Counted from the whole stretch's first letter, positions 25,836-38,618 are shown. The stretch: DNA of 63,935 bases, filler included, from Octopus bimaculoides (GCF_001194135.2; 8 parts of 8 records of this genome joined end to end with filler, not necessarily neighbours in it); one strand, 5' to 3'. The notes: generated by a model from the sequence alone, not told the origin. Made by a program: numbers and translations.

Positions 25836-26140
25836 GTGGCACTCTGTCGGTTACGACGAGGGTTCCAGTTGATCCAATCAACCGAACAGCCAGCTCGTGA
25901 AATTAACGTGCATGTGGCTGAGCACTTCACAGACTTGTGTACCCTTAACGTAGTTCTCAAGGAGATTCACCGTAATGCAGAGCATGACAAGGCTGGCCCT
26001 TTGAAATACAGGTACTACTCATTTTTGTCAGCTGAGCGAACTGGAGCAATGTGAAATAAAGTGTCTTGCCGGGAATTGAATTCATGACCTTACGTTCGTG
26101 AGCTGAATGCCCTAACCACTAAGCCACGCGCATTCACCCA
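25836..26140 (-). mobile_element. SINE variant C2 (family C tail, different head and middle)
   Basis: Tail GGCACTCTGTCGGTTACGACGAGGGTTCCAG is shared with family C. Head region GGAATTGAATTCATGACC...CCCTAACCACTAAGCCACGCG on the plus strand. Confidence 0.85.
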
Positions 26141-26324
26141 CTCTACAAGCATACGTTCAGAACAAGCCCGTTTACTCAGACCATCCTTGATACTCTCATC
26201 TAACTTTCAACAAATTTACTGAAAGGCAGTACTTCCTTTACAAGCAAAATTTGAGAAAAAGTTGATGAAGGCGCAGGCGTGGCTGTATGCTAAGAAGCTC
26301 GCTTCCCAACCACATGGCTTGGCC

Positions 26325-26860
26325 AAAGAGAAACGTGCATGTCTTCAGCCCTTTCAGTCTCATCTACCACACAACCACTTTCGCTAAGACCACCAGACAG
26401 AAATAGTCTGCTTGTCCTTCACGATCAAAGAATTAGAGTGGAACGATTTTCACAATGGATTCGGCTGATAGCCGGATCCATAACAAGTGTTCGCCATAAC
26501 TCCACAAATAAGCAATGGTCGGGCTTTAACGAATGCGTGAAGAGCAGTTTCGTCTCTACGTGCGTCTCGACTAATGGCATTTCCATACCTATTGACTTTA
26601 TCTCGAACCGCTAGTCCCAGCTCCCTGACTTCTTTGTCAGGCAAGATATTTCTGGCAATTATTCATGAGCCCTGGCCCAAAAGTTTTCCGAAACAGTCGA
26701 GAATCTTCCCGAAAACATCGTCGCTTCTGCTTACCACTAACCTCCTACAGAATGTTCCACCGACCGCATTGCTCGACTGGCAATGGGTTGTGAGCGTTCG
26801 ACGACACTTTAGGTGCGAGGCACCCTACCTCGGTCTACGTTAAGTCTAAAAACGAGCTGT
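26325..26860 (-). mobile_element. L1/Tx1-clade LINE ORF2 C-terminal fragment (zf-RVT region), decayed
   Basis: LAVRDKVNRYGNAISR...DETALHAFV; then, with frameshifts, WSYGEHLL..RLSAESIVKIVP and LAKVVVW*MRLKGLK. Confidence 0.65.
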
Positions 26861-27497
26861 GAAAGCGAGTCTGACAAATAATGATCATAGTTGCTCACTT
26901 TCAAGGAAATGTTGATGATGTCACAGCCTTAGCGTTTGTCTGCGCATCATCCGCCACAGCATACCAAATCCTACATTCAGTGGGTATTTACAACAAATGC
27001 ATAAACAGTGCAGTACCAACGGTAGAGTGCAGCCATAAAAGTAACAATGACAGTAAGTGCAATATCAGCAGTCACAAATGTAGTAACAGCAATAAAAACA
27101 ATAGAAATATCACCAAACAATGGGAACAACAGCAACAAAATCAAAAGAAACACTTCCCTCAAGAGCCGTCACATCACCACCAACAGCAGTAACTGAAAGT
27201 CTTCAAATAATAAAATCAAAGAGACGGTATCCTATGACACACCCGTTCTTCGCTTGGAACCACTCAGGCATTTTGTATGGCGAAGGTGACGAAGAAGAAA
27301 GCAAATAGCAACAAGTTACAAACATGAAAACTAGAAAAATAATTTCAACCAAAACAGCTGGGAGGTGCAAAGGGACGGAAGAAATATCTACGAACAACGA
27401 CACACCGGCACCAATCTCCAACAACATCAACAACACCAATACTATCAATATCATTATTCTTTCTACGAAAGGCACAAGGCTGACATTTGCGGGGAGA

Positions 27498-27612
27498 GGA
27501 TGGAAAGGCAAAGTCGACCTCGGCGGAATTTGAACTCAGAACGTAAAGACGGACGAAATACTGCTAAGCATTTTGCCCGGTGTGCTAACGATTTTGCCAG
27601 CTCGCTGCCTTA
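27498..27612 (-). mobile_element. SINE family A, head half
   Basis: GGAAAGGCAAAGTCGACCTCGGCGGAATTTGAACTCAGAACG...GCCAGCTCGCTGCCTTA. Confidence 0.9.
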
Positions 27613-27949
27613 CCACCAATACCATTAGCAACCTCATCAACACCATAATCACTACCACCTCCACCACAGAGACAACCATTGTCACAAACACCATAAAAAA
27701 TCTACCTGCCTTAAATACAAATAATAGAGTTAATGAAGCTCATAGAGCAACATACATATCTTATTACACCAACACAAAAATCATTCAAATCACTTAAACC
27801 ATATAAAATGCCATAAAAAATATTCCGACGGAGTAAGAGACTTCGGAGGGAATATCAATAAAAAAGAGTTTATAAGAAACTGCTGGTGGAAGCACTCACA
27901 GTCAGAGGCGATGAAACACCTGACCTTCCATAAAATTAATATTGCAGTC

Positions 27950-28770
27950 TAACTTGGCCTCACTCAGAATAGGCAGTGTAAATATACGTAGCTTGGGATC
28001 ACCTTGGGATCAGGGTCACTTACTCAATGACCTCAAGTTAGTAGATATAAATAACCATCAGCGATACTAGAGTTTCCGATCCACAAGTCTTCATACCAAT
28101 TTTCGGTGGATACAAGATCTATTCATCTTCAAGTCAACCGGGATCTGAAGGTGGAGCTGCGAAGTTGTTTTGGAAGTGTTTGGATCTCACAATGCGGACC
28201 ATCTCCTTAGACCCAGTAAGTAATTTGGTGGTCCTAGATGAGGTTGGTTTCAGACTAGTCTCTGATATTTTTCTATTTATGCTCCAACAATGGCTGGGCA
28301 ACCGGATTTCATCATGCGTCTGAAGCTTTTCCTGAGAGCGTTTAGTGCTAGTGGGCGACTGGAATGCCAACTAGCAATGGCTACTTTGTCGTGTCTACGT
28401 TTGTGCTCTTTCTGCGCAAGACTTTCACAAGCACTAACAATGTGAGTCACACTTTCGACCCTCTTCCCACACATTCTGCAGAGATCCGATGCACTTGTGT
28501 GGTTTATATTCTTTTTCACTGAGTTGATATTCAATGCTTGGTCCTGGGCCGCGATTATTAAACTTTCAGTATTCTTTTTTAGGTCACCCTTGTTGAGCCA
28601 TCTCCATGATGTTTCCTGGTCTTTTAATTTGTTGGTTTCACGGTGGAACTGACCATGTAATTGTATACGGAGTAGGTGTTTCTTCTCTCTCATTGGCTGT
28701 TCTTGTTCGGAATTCCTGAGCACTCTCAAGTCTATTTTTGTTAACTCCTTGGTTGCACATCTGGATTATG
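27950..28770 (-). mobile_element. R4/Dong-like (RLE) LINE fragment: zinc knuckle, RHD motif, decayed endonuclease
   Basis: ORF 28277-28729: LHGQF...SWRWLNKGDLKKNTESLIIAAQDQAL...CRMCGKRVESVTHIVSAC...KRRHDKVA. Confidence 0.92.
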
Positions 28771-28959
28771 TGGGGGCTAGTTGATAGGAAACAGGAGTAC
28801 AAAAGTGTCGGAAAGTAGGCATGTAGAAGTAATTGGCACTGATCTAAGGCATTACAAGGCGGTGACAGGAGCAAAGACCAATTAAGAAAATATGGACCTG
28901 CAGATCAGCACATGAAGAGACATGTCCATACCTTCCAATAGATTTAGGGAGTGCCAGAA

Positions 28960-29330
28960 AACATTCTTGTTAAATTGATCGATTCCAGTTTGGTCCAGGC
29001 CTTCCAAGTGGAAAAACGCGTGACAAGGAGAGTGACCAGTTTTATTTAGAAATGGGCTGAGAGAAAACTATCCCTGAAAGATCAGGTAGAGGTGGAAAAC
29101 GCTTACATCACTTCCGTCATACATATTACCGTCTGGCCATCGTGCCTTTTCCCAGTTTACAAGTCTCATCAGATTGGAGCATTTAGTCTGTTGTTTTCAG
29201 TGGAAGTAACGTGTTTCACCGATCAGACATTTCATTTGTTGTCAGCACCCGATGAGTTTCACTGATCAGAAGGTTAGTGACAGGCATGAGTCTTCAGTCC
29301 GGCATGTGTACGTCATAGAAAATTTAAAAA
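28960..29330 (+). mobile_element. L1/Tx1-clade LINE ORF2 fragment (downstream of RT core), decayed
   Basis: KWAERKLSLKDQVEVENAYITSVIH/YRLAIVP...RLEHL...ICCQHP, with frameshifts. Confidence 0.6.
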
Positions 29331-29870
29331 ATCAGTCTATTTGTGATTTTGTAGGCCGATGTCATAGCTCTGGTTAGGAAATAGGATGGTTTGAATCACC
29401 AGTACTGTGTTGATCTGAAGAGCAAGACTATTGGCACCAATTTGTCGAAACGCAAATTGCATGAGAAAACAACCAAATCTCCACCAGGCTACATTCTGCT
29501 TTTATACGTGCGCGCGCGCTTGTTTGTGTGTGTGTGTGTGTGTGCAGAAGAGAAGACACATTGGATAATGGGATAATGTAAATTTGAATATGTTGCAATT
29601 GAAAATTAGACGGCTAAAATAATTGATGTATATTACGTGAGGCTGCCTCAGTCATCAGTACCGGTACTACTGCTCTTGAGATGAACACAGTACCAGTGAT
29701 ACAAACCGTTGTACTTCCTGGTCAGATGTGAGGCATCGACCTATAAAAACTGCAGATTGAAAAACAAAAACCTTGCATCTTCTGTGGTATTCGCATGCTA
29801 AACTGAAGAATTAATACAGTAGAAAACTGCCGAGACTCAATTGCATATTACATAATATTGTATTTTACTT

Positions 29871-30300
29871 AGGCGGCAAGATGGCAGAAACGTTAGCACG
29901 TCGGGCGAAATGCTTAGCGGTATTTCGTCTGCCGTTTATGTTCTGAGTTCAAATTCCGCCGAGGTCGACTTTGCCTTTCATCCTTTCGGTGTCGATAAAT
30001 TAAGTGCCAATTACGCACTGGGATCGATGTAATCGACTTAATCCCTTTGTCTGTCATTGTTTGTCCCCTCTATGTTTAGACCCTTGTGGGCAATAAAGAA
30101 ATAAGAAACGTTAGCACGCCGAGCGAAATGCTGAGCGGTATTTCGTCTGTCTTTATGTTCTGAGTTCAAATTCTGCCGAGGTAGACTTTGCCTTTCATCC
30201 TTTCGGGGTCGATAAATTAAGTACTAATTGCATACTGAGCCAATCTAATCGACTGGCCCCCTTCCCCAAATTTAGGGCCTTGTGCCTAGAGTAGAAAAGA
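29871..30300 (+). mobile_element. SINE family A, full dimer
   Basis: Same two-unit structure as 155-560; the second unit starts at about 30106 (AAACGTTAGCACGCC). Confidence 0.92.
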
Positions 30301-30469
30301 GTATTGTATTCTACTATTCTCTGTCGAAGGCGGAGGACACTGGACCGAGTAGTGGTGGTGGTGGGGGGGGGNNNNNNNNNNNNNNNNNNNNNNNNNNNNG
30401 GGGGGGGGTGACTAACGCTTTCGAGACTTATTTCAAATCTGTGTGTGTGTTTGAATTGATTTTTAATAT

Positions 30470-30708
30470 TCTTTTATTGTTTTACTTGTTTCAGTCATGT
30501 GACTGCGGCCATGCTGGAGCACAGCCTTTAGTCGAAGAAATCGACCCCAGGACTTATTTTTTGTAAGTCTAGTACTTATTCTATCGTTCTCTTTTGCCGA
30601 ACCGCTAAGTTATGGGCACGTAAACACACCAGCATCGGTTATCAAGTGATGGTGGTGGGACACACACACACAACACACACACACGCACACACAAAAATAT
30701 ATACATAC

Positions 30709-30749
<41 letters not shown>

Positions 30750-30900
30750 CGATGGGCTTCTTTCAGTTCCCGTCTACCAAATCCACTCACAAGGCTTTGG
30801 TCGGCTTGAGGCTATAATAAAAGACACTTGTCCAAGGTGCCACGCAGTGAGACTGAACTCGGAACCATGTGGTTGGGAAGCAAGCCTCTTACCACACAAG
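30470..30900 (-). mobile_element. SINE family B, full length, with internal (CA)/(TACA)/(TA) tract
   Basis: TTTACTTGTTTCAGTCATGTGACTGCGGCC...GATGGGCTTCTTTCAG...CTTACCACAC. Confidence 0.92.
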
Positions 30901-31559
30901 GTTTTAGAGGAGTTTTGTCAACTACCACTAACCTGTTATATTGGTATATATTTATGCATGAGTAGACCAAAAAAATTTCACATCAATCGCACCGCAAAGC
31001 AAATGAATTAATTCTATATAATAAACCATTTCTACACCTTTTTCTAAAATAATGCTTATGCTATGACGCTTAGAAACCTTATTTGAGATTTTAACGCCCA
31101 AAATACCGTGGTTACAACTTTGGTGGTTTTCACTCACATTGCCTTTATGCCGAATGCTTTTTAACTCTCGACTGGCTTTCTCCAATAGCTGTAAATAAAT
31201 TCAAATGTATGCATTTTATCTTAGTTCAAATCCCGCCGCTGCCTATTTAGCCTTTCATCCTCCCTAAGCTCGATAAAATTACAACCAGACATGTATGTGC
31301 TGGAGTCGATTCAACCGGATAATCGCCCTCCTTCTATAAAAATTGTGGCCGCATGCCAGTGCAAGAAATATGTGTAATTTATCTCGTATTATTTAGTTTC
31401 CGTCACTCTTATGTTCTGAATTCTGGTCCCGCCGGGTCTTACTTTGTCTTTCATCCCCAACCACAATCACCACAAACACCACCACCACCACCGGTTCTAT
31501 AAAAATAAGTGCAACACATAATACTCTGGGACCTCAGCAGAGCATTAATAACCCTTAGA

Positions 31560-31582
31560 TTTGTTGCTGTTGTTGTTGTTGT

Positions 31583-31633
<51 letters not shown>

Positions 31634-31690
31634 CGATGACGACGGCGACGACGATGAGGCTGCTGCTGCTGGTGATGATGATGATGACGA
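31560..31690. repeat. (GTT)n(GAT)n trinucleotide tract
   Basis: Directly visible; yields the poly-Asp ORF. Confidence 0.9.
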
Positions 31691-31822
31691 CGCTGTTACC
31701 GATTTAGATGTATTTAATACAAATGAAACTCTTTAACGAACCTTTAACGTTCAATTTTAGTAATTAGTAAAAATTCCTTTTACTCATTTTATATTTTACA
31801 GGGAGGTGAATATAAAAAGATA

Positions 31823-32050
31823 ACTCTTTTCTCTTTTACTTGTTTCAGTCATATGACTGCGGCCATGCTGGAGCACCGCCTTTAGTCGAGCAAATCGACC
31901 CCAGGACTTATTCTTTGGAAGCCTAGTACTTATTCTATCGGTCTCTTTTTGCCGAACCTCTAAGTTACGGGGACGTAAACACACCAGCATCGGTTGTCAA
32001 GCGATGGTGGGAGGACAAACACAGACACACAAACACACANNNNNNNNNNN

Positions 32051-32083
<33 letters not shown>

Positions 32084-32250
32084 TACGACGGGCTTCTTTC
32101 AGTTTCCGGTCTACCAATTCCACTCACAAGGCTTTGGTCGGCCCGAGGTTATAATAGAAGACACTTGCCCAAGGTGCCACGCAGTGGGGCTGAACCCGGA
32201 ACCATGTGGTTGGTAAGCAAGCTACTTACCACACAGCCACTCCTGCGCCT
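31823..32250 (-). mobile_element. SINE family B, full length
   Basis: Minus-strand head GGCGCAGGAGTGGCTGTGTGGTAAG with B-box-like GGTTCAGCCCC; tail GAAACAAGTAAAAGAG; internal (TA)n with a gap. Confidence 0.93.
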
Positions 32251-33082
32251 AAAGGCATAAAGGCATAAAAAAAAGAAAATTCCCCAGTCATTTCCGAATG
32301 GCAGTGGAAATATTTCTTTATTTTCAGCAAATCCCTTGATGCAATGCTCTGATATCTTATAATCTTGTTACATGTACTTAGGTTGCTTTCCAGTCTCTTC
32401 TGGCTTTTAAGTCTTTGTGGCAGCAAAGTATCAACAAATACCACCAAGGCTGACTTTACCATTCAAGAGTGGGGTGTAGAATGAAAAAAAGGGCCGGTGG
32501 GCCCTTTTATCTCTAAACATTTTGACTAGTTAAAAAAAAAACTATTATTATATATGGTTTATTATTAGATGCCTGAATGAAGTGGAGAAATCGTTAGCGC
32601 GTCGGGTAAAATGCTTAGCTGCATTTCTTCCGGCTCTTAACATTATGAGTTCGAATTTTGCTGGAGTTATTATTATTATTATAGACGTCGCACAGTATAC
32701 ATTATCGTAAGGTTGTTGATTGAAGAAATTGTATCTACCGGGGGTTTGTACTGATTGTCAAGTCACAACAAGGACCTCAAATAGACAGTACTTTACGCAA
32801 TATGCGTACAGTTCCAAGTAGTGTTGACTTTTGCAATACATCTATAATAATAATAATAATAATACTTCCTTCTTATATAAGCAACATACAATGCTTGTCC
32901 GTCGCGAAATGTAAGAACGCGCCTTTTACTGCAATTTGCTACGCCAGTGTAATCAACCACAAATATTGCGTAACTTTTCACATGGAGTTATTTTTGTGCA
33001 ATGACATTAAAAACGGAGTGGTACCAAAACAATTGTAGCTACTAATAAAGATGTGCTAGACCCTTCGTCGTCTTATTTGGAT

Positions 33083-33133
<51 letters not shown>

Positions 33134-33620
33134 CAGAACCTCGGAAGTAGTAAATTATCTAAGTGAGGGGTAGACGGCAAGCTATATGAAGTTGTTAATT
33201 CGTTGGGATTCAATCGAAATGCCTTTTAATATTTATTTTCCAGAGAAAGATAGGGGATTTGCTCGAGTAATAATGGCCTATGTCAACCTATTTAAAATTT
33301 AAATGTATGATTAGGGCTTAAGGAATTAAACCACTGCGTCGCTTCAGTAGTTTTAGTTCATAGGTGTAGTGTCGATGTAGAATGAAGTTGGGTATAATGC
33401 TGTCTAATATGATTTTGCTAATTTCTATCGAATCCCGAACGAGTTAACATGGGATCTCCTAACAACAATGTAAACTTCATATCATCAAGGTATTCTTGGC
33501 CTGAAGAGTAGCTTTCCGTCTGCCCCTTGCTTGGATAATCCACCACTTCCGAGGTTCGGCTAGCTATGAAACAAATAGTCTGGATTTTATCTACCCCAAT
33601 CGCTAATTTATGGATATATA

Positions 33621-34130
33621 CACAAGGTGTCCTAAAAAATGTATACACACTCTAACAACTGATAACTCACTTGATGTTTTTTTCTCTCCAGATGAAACCC
33701 ATTGGAATTAATGATGGCAGTCAGACTAAGCTTTGAACAAAGGAAATTCATTCTAAAATGCTATAGGGAGTGTGAAAACGCAGTTGAAGCGCAAAGACAG
33801 TTTAGCGGGGAGTTTCAAACAGATTCACCAACGCGACTTATCATCACTCGAATTAGAGATAAGTTTGAAGCCGATGGAACTGTTCAGAATGTCCACGAGA
33901 AGCGTTCCGGAAAACCACGAACGTCGACAACGCCCACAAAGCAAGGAGTGTTGAAAACGTATCACCAAAGTCCAAGAAAATCTGTGCGGCAAGCGAGTCG
34001 TCAGGTAGGTATTTCAAAATCGTCTGTTAAAGCGTTGTCAATGAGAAAGTTGCGTTTCAAGTTTCGTCCATGCTATAAACGACGATGATTCAGACCCGGA
34101 AGAATACAGTATTGCGAGGCGAGTAGTACT
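33621..34130 (+). mobile_element. Tc1/mariner-superfamily transposon, left end and N-terminal HTH region
   Basis: TIR-like TA|CACAAGGTGTCCTAAAAAATGTATACAC. ORF MAVRLSFEQRKFILKCY...PTRLIITRIRDKFEADGTV...RSGKPRT...SPRKSVRQASRQVGISKSSV; frameshifted afterwards. Confidence 0.85.
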
Positions 34131-34146
34131 TGGTAGAATGTGTAGA

Positions 34147-34181
<35 letters not shown>

Positions 34182-34499
34182 TGGCGTGCAGTCTCAGACA
34201 TGCAAGCTATGCGCCGCATGCTCTGTTATATAATCGGAAAATTAGATAAAATAGTTACTTTCTTGCAAAAAATAATCCGTCCAGTTTTCGAAATATTCTG
34301 TCTCTCCTTCCCCTCTCTCAGTGACTAGTAAAAGCTTTGAGAATCCAGCATATAGACACTCCCTAACTCCCTATCTATGTTAGTTTGTCCTTCCTTCCNN
34401 NNNNNNNNNNNNNNNNNNNNNNNNNNNNNNNNNNNNNNNNNNTTAATTAATTAANNNNNNNNNNNNNNNNNNNNNNNNNNNNNNNNNNNNNNNNNNNNC

Positions 34500-34875
34500 A
34501 TCGGCTCTTCTCTCCATTCTCGCGAACTCATTTCACCCTTTTTGGATAGACTTGTGACTGGTGACGAAAAATGGATCTTCTATCGAAATGTTAAACGTCG
34601 TTAACAGTGGCTTGGTAAAAGGGAAAAGCTCAACCACAACCGAGAAGGGAACTTCATGGGAAAAAGTTTCTTCTCTCTATCTGGTGGGATTGCAAAGGAG
34701 TAATTCACTTTGAAATGTTACCACCTAATGCAACAATCAATGTTCAAGTCTACTGTCAGCAATTAGAGCGTCTGAACCAAACTTTGAAAAAAAAAAGGAA
34801 ACACTTTAGTGAATCGAAAAGGAGTGATGCTTCATTAGGACAATACACGACTCCACACTGCAAAGATCGAACCAC
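34500..34875 (+). mobile_element. mariner transposase catalytic-region fragment (pseudogene)
   Basis: LDRLVTGDEKWIFYRNVKRR*QW...LHGKKFLLSIWWDCKGVIHFEMLPPNATINVQVYCQQLERL. Confidence 0.92.
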
Positions 34876-34914
34876 TAAGTTACAGGGACGTAAACATACC
34901 AGCATCGGTTGTCT

Positions 34915-34952
<38 letters not shown>

Positions 34953-35430
34953 TACGTACATACATGCACATGAAACACACACACACACACCTATGAATGA
35001 TAACGATGGTGATATATCACATATGCATCTATATCATATATATTTTAAAGGCGAATTGGTAAATGAGTGAAGTAGGACGTTCATTACTTTTATCAAGATA
35101 TGCCGAGCAGTTACAACCGGATATTGAAAACAGGTCACAATCCAATATGTGAGAAGAGAAACATGCGCGTGCATATGCACACACACACACAAAGAGAAAG
35201 AGAGAGCGATGAGTAAGAGGTGAGAGAGAGAGAGAGAGATGAGGAGGAGAGAGAGATGAGGAGAGAGAGGGAGAAAGAGAGAGAGAGAGAGAAAACAGAA
35301 GACCTTTCGAAAACATGATTTATTCAAGGATTTGTTGCAATAGTTTGTAATAATTGCAGCAAAATATTCGTTATGCGTCATTGCAACTCCTATCCACTGC
35401 TGACCACCCATTTGATATATAAACACCGAG

Positions 35431-35491
<61 letters not shown>

Positions 35492-36154
35492 GTAGTAGTA
35501 GTAGTAGTATTAGTAGTAGTCGAAGTAACAGCAGTAGTAATAGTAGTAGTTGTGCTATTTTTTTCTGTCATTGAATAATTATTTCCAGTTAGCCTTTTAA
35601 CATTGCCATACATTAAATATGTAAACATGTAAACATAATTATTAGAAATATTGCCTTTCTGAATCTCTCAGAGAGACTTATACAGTAGCAGCACGATAAA
35701 GACACTCAAAGGCTACCTACTTTAGTCTAAAAGAGTGTAGCGCAGGTTTATCGGAAGTTTTATTGTCGATAAAGAGAACAACACAATCAGTGCTGATTAT
35801 AAACTCCCGATAGCAGAGAGACAAGGTTATTATGAGGATAGGTAAAAATAAAAAGAAGACAGATTAATGTGTATACATACATATAGTTGCAGTAAAAACA
35901 CATGCCTTTGTGCAATGTGCGCCCTCTTGACTCACAGTTATGTCCTTCCTTCATGAATCATGTTTAACGTTTACTAAACCCTTCAAACCACCATTCTTCA
36001 TACAGATGGTTCTGTAAGCAATTCCTTAGCAAGTACATGCCTTCTGCACCACATTGCACGGACCCACTCAAACATACACATATACACATACATTGCAGTA
36101 TCTAACTAATTCTGTTCACTGTCCTGCATTTTAACTGCCATATTTGGCAGATTA

Positions 36155-36580
36155 AGGCAGCGAGCTAGCAGAATCGTTAGCACGCCGGGCAAAATGCTTA
36201 CGTTCTCAGTTCAAATTCTGCCGCAGTCGATTTTGCCATTCATCCTTTCGGAGTCGATAAAATAAGTACCAGTTGAGCACTGGGGTTGATGTAATCGACT
36301 TACCCCTCACTCGAAATTGCTGTGCCAAAATTTAAAACCACCCTATTAGACTTATCAAGGTGAGGGGTGCTGGCAGAATTGCTAAAGCGTCGTACAAAAT
36401 GCTTAGCAGCATTTCTCCCGGATATTTGACCTTTTGAGTTCAAGCCTCACTGAGGTCAACTTTGCCCAACATCCTTTCAGGGTCGATAAAATAAAGTACC
36501 ATTTAAATACAGGGGTTGGTGGTATCAACTAACCCCTTCCCCTAAAATAACAGACCTTGTGCCTATATTAGAAGTAGATT
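36155..36580 (+). mobile_element. Two tandem family A SINE copies (second more diverged)
   Basis: GGCAGCGAGCTAGCAGAATCGTTAGC at about 36156; GGTGCTGGCAGAATTGCTAAAGC at about 36366. Both carry the CATCCTTTC..GGTCGATAAAA core. Confidence 0.8.
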
Positions 36581-36904
36581 AGTCTAATCCAACAACAGTT
36601 ACTCCGCATAGGGATCTCTCTTCATTTCCTAGGTTCCTTGATCTGGGCAGTGGCACACCTTCATGTATGTACATCTTTTTAAAAGCAATCATTATTTTTT
36701 TTCGTTTTAATCCTGAATTTCACACCGTCGTTATTCAAACAATTGTGCGCGCGCGCACGTAGGTGTCTGTGTGCGTGTATGCACACACACATACGCACAT
36801 GTATGTATGTATGTATGTATGTATGTATGTATGTATGTACGTATGTATGTACGTATGTATGTATGCATGCATGTTTGCATGTATATATGTCTCTTCTGTG
36901 TGGA

Positions 36905-37280
36905 GGCGCAATGGCCCAGTGGTTAGGGCAGCGGACTCGCGGTCGTAGGATCGCGGTTTCGATTCCCAGACCGGGCATTGTGAGTGTTTATTGAGCGAAA
37001 ACACCTAAAGTTCCACGAGGCTCCGGCAGGAGATGGTGGCGAACCCTGCTGTACTCTTTCACCACAACTTTCTCTCACTCTTACTTCCTGTTTCTGTTGT
37101 GCCTGTAATTCAAAGGGTCAGCCTTGTCACACTCTGTGTCACGCTGAATCTCCCCGAGAACTACGTTCAGGGTACACGTGTCTGTGGAGTGCTCAGCCAC
37201 TTGCACGTTAATTTCACGAGCAGGCTGTTCCGTTGATCGGATCGACTGGAACCCTCGATGTCGTAACCGACGGAGTGCTA
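36905..37280 (+). mobile_element. SINE family C, full length, tRNA-Arg-like head
   Basis: A box TGGCCCAGTGG, TCG at the anticodon-like position, B box TTCGATTCC; tail GTCGTAACCGACGGAGTGC. Confidence 0.93.
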
Positions 37281-38618
37281 ACCATGTCACTTCTGTATTT
37301 AATCATTGAAATTCTTTCTCTGAAGAAGGAGCTGGTTTCTAAGAAAGCTACAAAACCCCATCGCTGGAATATAGATAACGAAAACAATATCACATTTTTT
37401 GAAACCTGAGAAAAGTCTTTGATAGCTTTACGCTTCCGCTTACAGATTGTATTTATAACGTGCGAATCAGTTGGTTGATTTCTTTTTCTGAAAATCCAAG
37501 CTTATCCAAACTGGCAGGCATTTACTTACAAGACCAAGTGCTCCAATTATGTATGTATGTATGTATGTATGTATGTATGTATGTATGTATGTATGTATGT
37601 ATGTATGTATATATAAATGTATGTATGTATGGATGTATATATATATATATANNNNNNNNNNNNNNNNNNNNNNNNNNNNNNNNNNNNNNNNNNNNNNNNN
37701 NNNNNNNNNNNNNNNNNNNNNNNNNNNNNNNNNNNNNNNNNNNNNNNNNNNNNNNNNNNNNNNNNNNNNNNNNNNNNNNNNNNNNNNNNNNNNNNNNNNN
37801 NNNNNNNNNNNNNNNNNNNNNNNNNNNNNNNNNNNNNNNNNNNNNNNNNNNNNNNNNNNNNNNNNNNNNNNNNNNNNNNNNNNNNNNNNNNNNNNNNNNN
37901 NNNNNNNNNNNNNNNNNNNNNNNNNNNNNNNNNNNNNNNNNNNNNNNNNNNNNNNNNNNNNNNNNNNNNNNNNNNNNNNNNNNNNNNNNNNNNNNNNNNN
38001 NNNNNNNNNNNNNNNNNNNNNNNNNNNNNNNNNNNNNNNNNNNNNNNNNNNNNNNNNNNNNNNNNNNNNNNNNNNNNNNNNNNNNNNNNNNNNNNNNNNN
38101 NNNNNNNNNNNNNNNNNNNNNNNNNNNNNNNNNNNNNNNNNNNNNNNNNNNNNNNNNNNNNNNNNNNNNNNNNNNNNNNNNNNNNNNNNNNNNNNNNNNN
38201 NNNNNNNNNNNNNNNNNNNNNNNNNNNNNNNNNNNNNNNNNNNNNNNNNNNNNNNNNNNNATCTCTGAAAGGTACAGGGTTACATAATCAGACTGTTACT
38301 TAACATTCCGATGAAGCCGTAGTGCGAAACAGTTCGGCCATATCTTCTTTTTCCCTCCCCTCTCAAATTCCAAATTTATCCCTTTCTCTTTTTTGAAGTT
38401 TTTATATGAAAATTTTGTTTACACATTAAAAATTTGGTTTTGCCAATTCTCCACTTTCCAAAAGTTAGCTACGCTACTGTGTTATAGAAAAAAAAATTAC
38501 TATATGATTGACTTTATATCTACTGCAGACAGTCTCAATTTACCGTCACCACCGTTAAACCGCACAGTTGTCATGATCCCGTTGGTAGTGGTATAACGAG
38601 GGTGGATTGTGTGTGTGT

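Noticed and set aside
26881-27800. Asn/Gln/Thr-rich ORF cluster
   Set aside because: Cryptic CAA/CAG/ACC simple sequence interrupted by a SINE; no protein motif.
31509-31736. Poly-Asp ORF
   Set aside because: A (GAT)n tract between degenerate SINEs, with no domain or splice support.
33621-34875. A single intact Tc1/mariner transposase spanning the gap
   Set aside because: The two parts resemble different families, both are disrupted, and unrelated DNA plus an unsized gap separates them.
38308-38340. Hammerhead-like CCGATGA..GC(6)GC..GAAAC
   Set aside because: The core has U4 changed to C and stem I does not pair; at most a dead remnant.
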